This document shows positions 61,970 to 64,000 of a stretch of DNA of 64,000 bases, piece after piece. Under the pieces are notes generated by a model, which saw nothing but the letters and a program-made list of their open reading frames with translations, made no database searches and was not told the DNA's origin. Location of the stretch: NCBI GenBank assembly GCA_964564675.1, contig CAZMBI010000006.1:30991-94990 (forward strand). Direction: 5' to 3'. Numbering within the stretch: the first letter of the stretch is position 1; each line of letters begins with the position of its first letter. Origin of the DNA: an uncultured Azospirillaceae bacterium. GTDB taxonomy: Bacteria > Pseudomonadota > Alphaproteobacteria > Rickettsiales > UBA3002. Position numbers and translations under genes: made by a program.

Positions 61970-63973
61970 TCAATTATCCAGGAAACTCCGCATTTTGCGT
62001 GAACGGCTGGGATGTTTGAGCTTGCGCAGTGCCTTGGCTTCAATCTGGCGAATCCGCTCCCGCGTGACCGAGAATTGCTGGCCAACCTCCTCCAGCGTAT
62101 GGTCGGTGTTCATACCGATACCGAAACGCATACGCAGCACGCGCTCTTCACGCGGGGTCAGCGAGGCCAGCACGCGCGTGGTCACTTCGCGCAGATTGGT
62201 ATGAATCGCCGAATCCACCGGCAGGACGGCGTTTTTATCCTCGATGAAATCACCCAGATGTGAGTCTTCTTCGTCACCGATAGGGGTTTCAAGCGAGACC
62301 GGCTCCTTGGCGATTTTCATCACCTTGCGCACCTTGTCCACAGGCATCACGAGGCGCTGCGCCAGTTCTTCCGGCGTCGGCTCACGCCCCATCTCATGCA
62401 GCATCTGACGGCTGGTGCGCACGATCTTGTTGATGGTTTCGATCATATGCACCGGAATACGGATGGTGCGCGCCTGATCGGCAATCGAGCGCGTAATCGC
62501 CTGGCGAATCCACCAGGTGGCGTATGTGGAGAATTTATAGCCGCGGCGATATTCGAACTTATCGACCGCTTTCATCAGGCCGATATTGCCTTCCTGAATC
62601 AGATCCAGAAATTGCAGGCCGCGGTTGGTGTATTTCTTGGCGATCGAGATCACCAGGCGCAGATTGGCCTCGATCATCTCCTTTTTAGCGCGCGTGGCGT
62701 CGCGTTCACCTTTGCTGACCGCCTGCACGATGCGTTTGAATTCGGGAATGGCGGTGCCCACCTCAAACGCAATCCGGCGGATGGCATCTCGCGTTTCGGC
62801 GATTTCCGCCTCGTGTTGCACAAAGTCTTTCCATCCTTTTTCCTTCAGCCTGGCGACTTCCGTCAGCCAGTCCGGGTCGATTTCGCGGCCCTGATAATGC
62901 TGCAGGAAGCTTTTTCGGCTAACTTTCGATTTCTCGGCGATGCGCATCAACTGCATCTCATAGCTGAGCAGCAGCTTGTGGATTTCCATCAGCGTTTCCA
63001 TCAGCTCTTCCACGCGCAGATTGTTGAAGCGCAGGTTGAGCATAATCTCGACAAGTTCCGCATGCAGCTTGTCGTATTTTTTCTGATCGGCCTCGGTGAA
63101 TTCTCCGTCCCCCAGCGAGGCGGCCAGCCGCTTTTCATGCAGCTTGGTCATTTTCTTGGCAGTTTTGGCAAATGCATCCAGCGTCTCGAGCACCTGTGGC
63201 ATCAGGGCGTTTTCCATCGCCACCAGCGACATGGTGGTATCGTCAAACTCTTCATCCGCCTCGTCTTCAGTGGGTTTGGCCTTGACTGCTTCGTCCGTTT
63301 CTTCTTCGTCGGTTTCCGCTTCAACATACTCCTCTTCCAGACTGGCCTGCTCACGCGAGACATCGGCGAACTTATCTTCCGTTCCCGCGCCGTAGGTTGC
63401 GTCTAAATCGATAACATCGCGTAGCAGCATGTCGCCGGCGGCCAGCGCGTCACGCCAGGCCAGGATTTCGTTGATTACGGTCGGGCTTTCGCTCAGCGAG
63501 CGGATAATCATATCACGGCCGGCTTCGATGCGCTTGGCGATTTCGATTTCTCCGTCGCGCGAGAGCAGTTCGACACCGCCCATTTCGCGCAGATACATAC
63601 GCACCGGATCATCGGAACGGCCATATTTATCATCGCCGCTGCTGCTGTCAGATTCCTCTTCGCTGCTGGCGACGCTGTCTTCGTCGGTCATAACTTCCAG
63701 CGCCTCTTCATCACTGCCTTCCGGCAGCTCGATGACGCGGATTTTCTCTTTCTCCAGCCGCTCGATCAGTTCTTCAATGGTCTCAGGCGTCACATCAGAC
63801 GGCAGATGTTTATTGATTTCATCCAGTGTCAGCACATTTTTCTGGCTTTTGCCGATTTTCACCAGCTTGGCGATGAGGTTATCGGATGCGGGCGCAGAAA
63901 CCGCTTCCTCAGCGGGAACCGCTGCGGGAGCCATTTTTGATCTTGATTGCTTGGTTTCGATCTTGGTGTTCAT
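61970..63973 (-). CDS. rpoD: RNA polymerase primary sigma factor
   Basis: [50 protein letters not shown] and [16 protein letters not shown]. Confidence 0.99.
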   Translation of the reverse strand: MNTKIETKQSRSKMAPAAVPAEEAVSAPASDNLIAKLVKIGKSQKNVLTLDEINKHLPSDVTPETIEELIERLEKEKIRVIELPEGSDEEALEVMTDEDSVASSEEESDSSSGDDKYGRSDDPVRMYLREMGGVELLSRDGEIEIAKRIEAGRDMIIRSLSESPTVINEILAWRDALAAGDMLLRDVIDLDATYGAGTEDKFADVSREQASLEEEYVEAETDEEETDEAVKAKPTEDEADEEFDDTTMSLVAMENALMPQVLETLDAFAKTAKKMTKLHEKRLAASLGDGEFTEADQKKYDKLHAELVEIMLNLRFNNLRVEELMETLMEIHKLLLSYEMQLMRIAEKSKVSRKSFLQHYQGREIDPDWLTEVARLKEKGWKDFVQHEAEIAETRDAIRRIAFEVGTAIPEFKRIVQAVSKGERDATRAKKEMIEANLRLVISIAKKYTNRGLQFLDLIQEGNIGLMKAVDKFEYRRGYKFSTYATWWIRQAITRSIADQARTIRIPVHMIETINKIVRTSRQMLHEMGREPTPEELAQRLVMPVDKVRKVMKIAKEPVSLETPIGDEEDSHLGDFIEDKNAVLPVDSAIHTNLREVTTRVLASLTPREERVLRMRFGIGMNTDHTLEEVGQQFSVTRERIRQIEAKALRKLKHPSRSRKMRSFLDN

Positions 63974-64000
63974 AGCGGTGTTTGCACTCTCCTTGTTGCT

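Noticed and set aside
63980-64000. TTGCACTC resembling half a CIRCE
   Set aside because: The bases at the second-half position do not match, and the sequence coincides with the rpoD RBS region.

Overview
Mostly core chromosome of a GC-rich alphaproteobacterium. Alphaproteobacterial markers include NDUFA12, the Cbp3 chaperone, a PleC/DivJ-type kinase, class I PhaC and a CpaA peptidase. Intact arg/pro/pan/rib genes suggest a free-living lineage; a basal Rickettsiales-like affinity is only a guess. Housekeeping content: tRNA-Glu, recJ-glpX-hom-aminotransferase, phaC, argC, rplM-rpsI, phoR-pstCAB, rplU-rpmA-obgE-proB-proA-nadD-rsfS-rlmH-gpmI-envC-ctpA-rppH, rpmH-rnpA-yidD-yidC-engB-argB, panB, a pilD/secretin/permease pilus cluster, rpiB-glyA-nrdR-rib-nusB-thiL, clpB and rpoD. 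Four accessory signals stand out. (1) Three solitary orphan genes (10513-11778, 54565-56028, 59549-59878) each have a Pho-box-like 11-bp direct repeat upstream; in two of them it lies exactly 10 nt before a -10 hexamer. These orphans lack signal peptides, have Arg-rich C-termini (two share an [SG][FH]xxR motif), and one looks like an EExxH zincin. Together they form a candidate PhoB/OmpR-type regulon of secreted effectors. (2) There are two families of small palindromic elements: one intergenic, and one inserted in frame in proteins (41 aa in a membrane protein, plus a decayed copy in RecJ). (3) An MNT-HEPN toxin-antitoxin pair is translationally welded into the aminotransferase-hom operon. 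(4) Heptamer-repeat elements flank rplU-rpmA. All calls come from reading the sequence by eye; no database searches were run.
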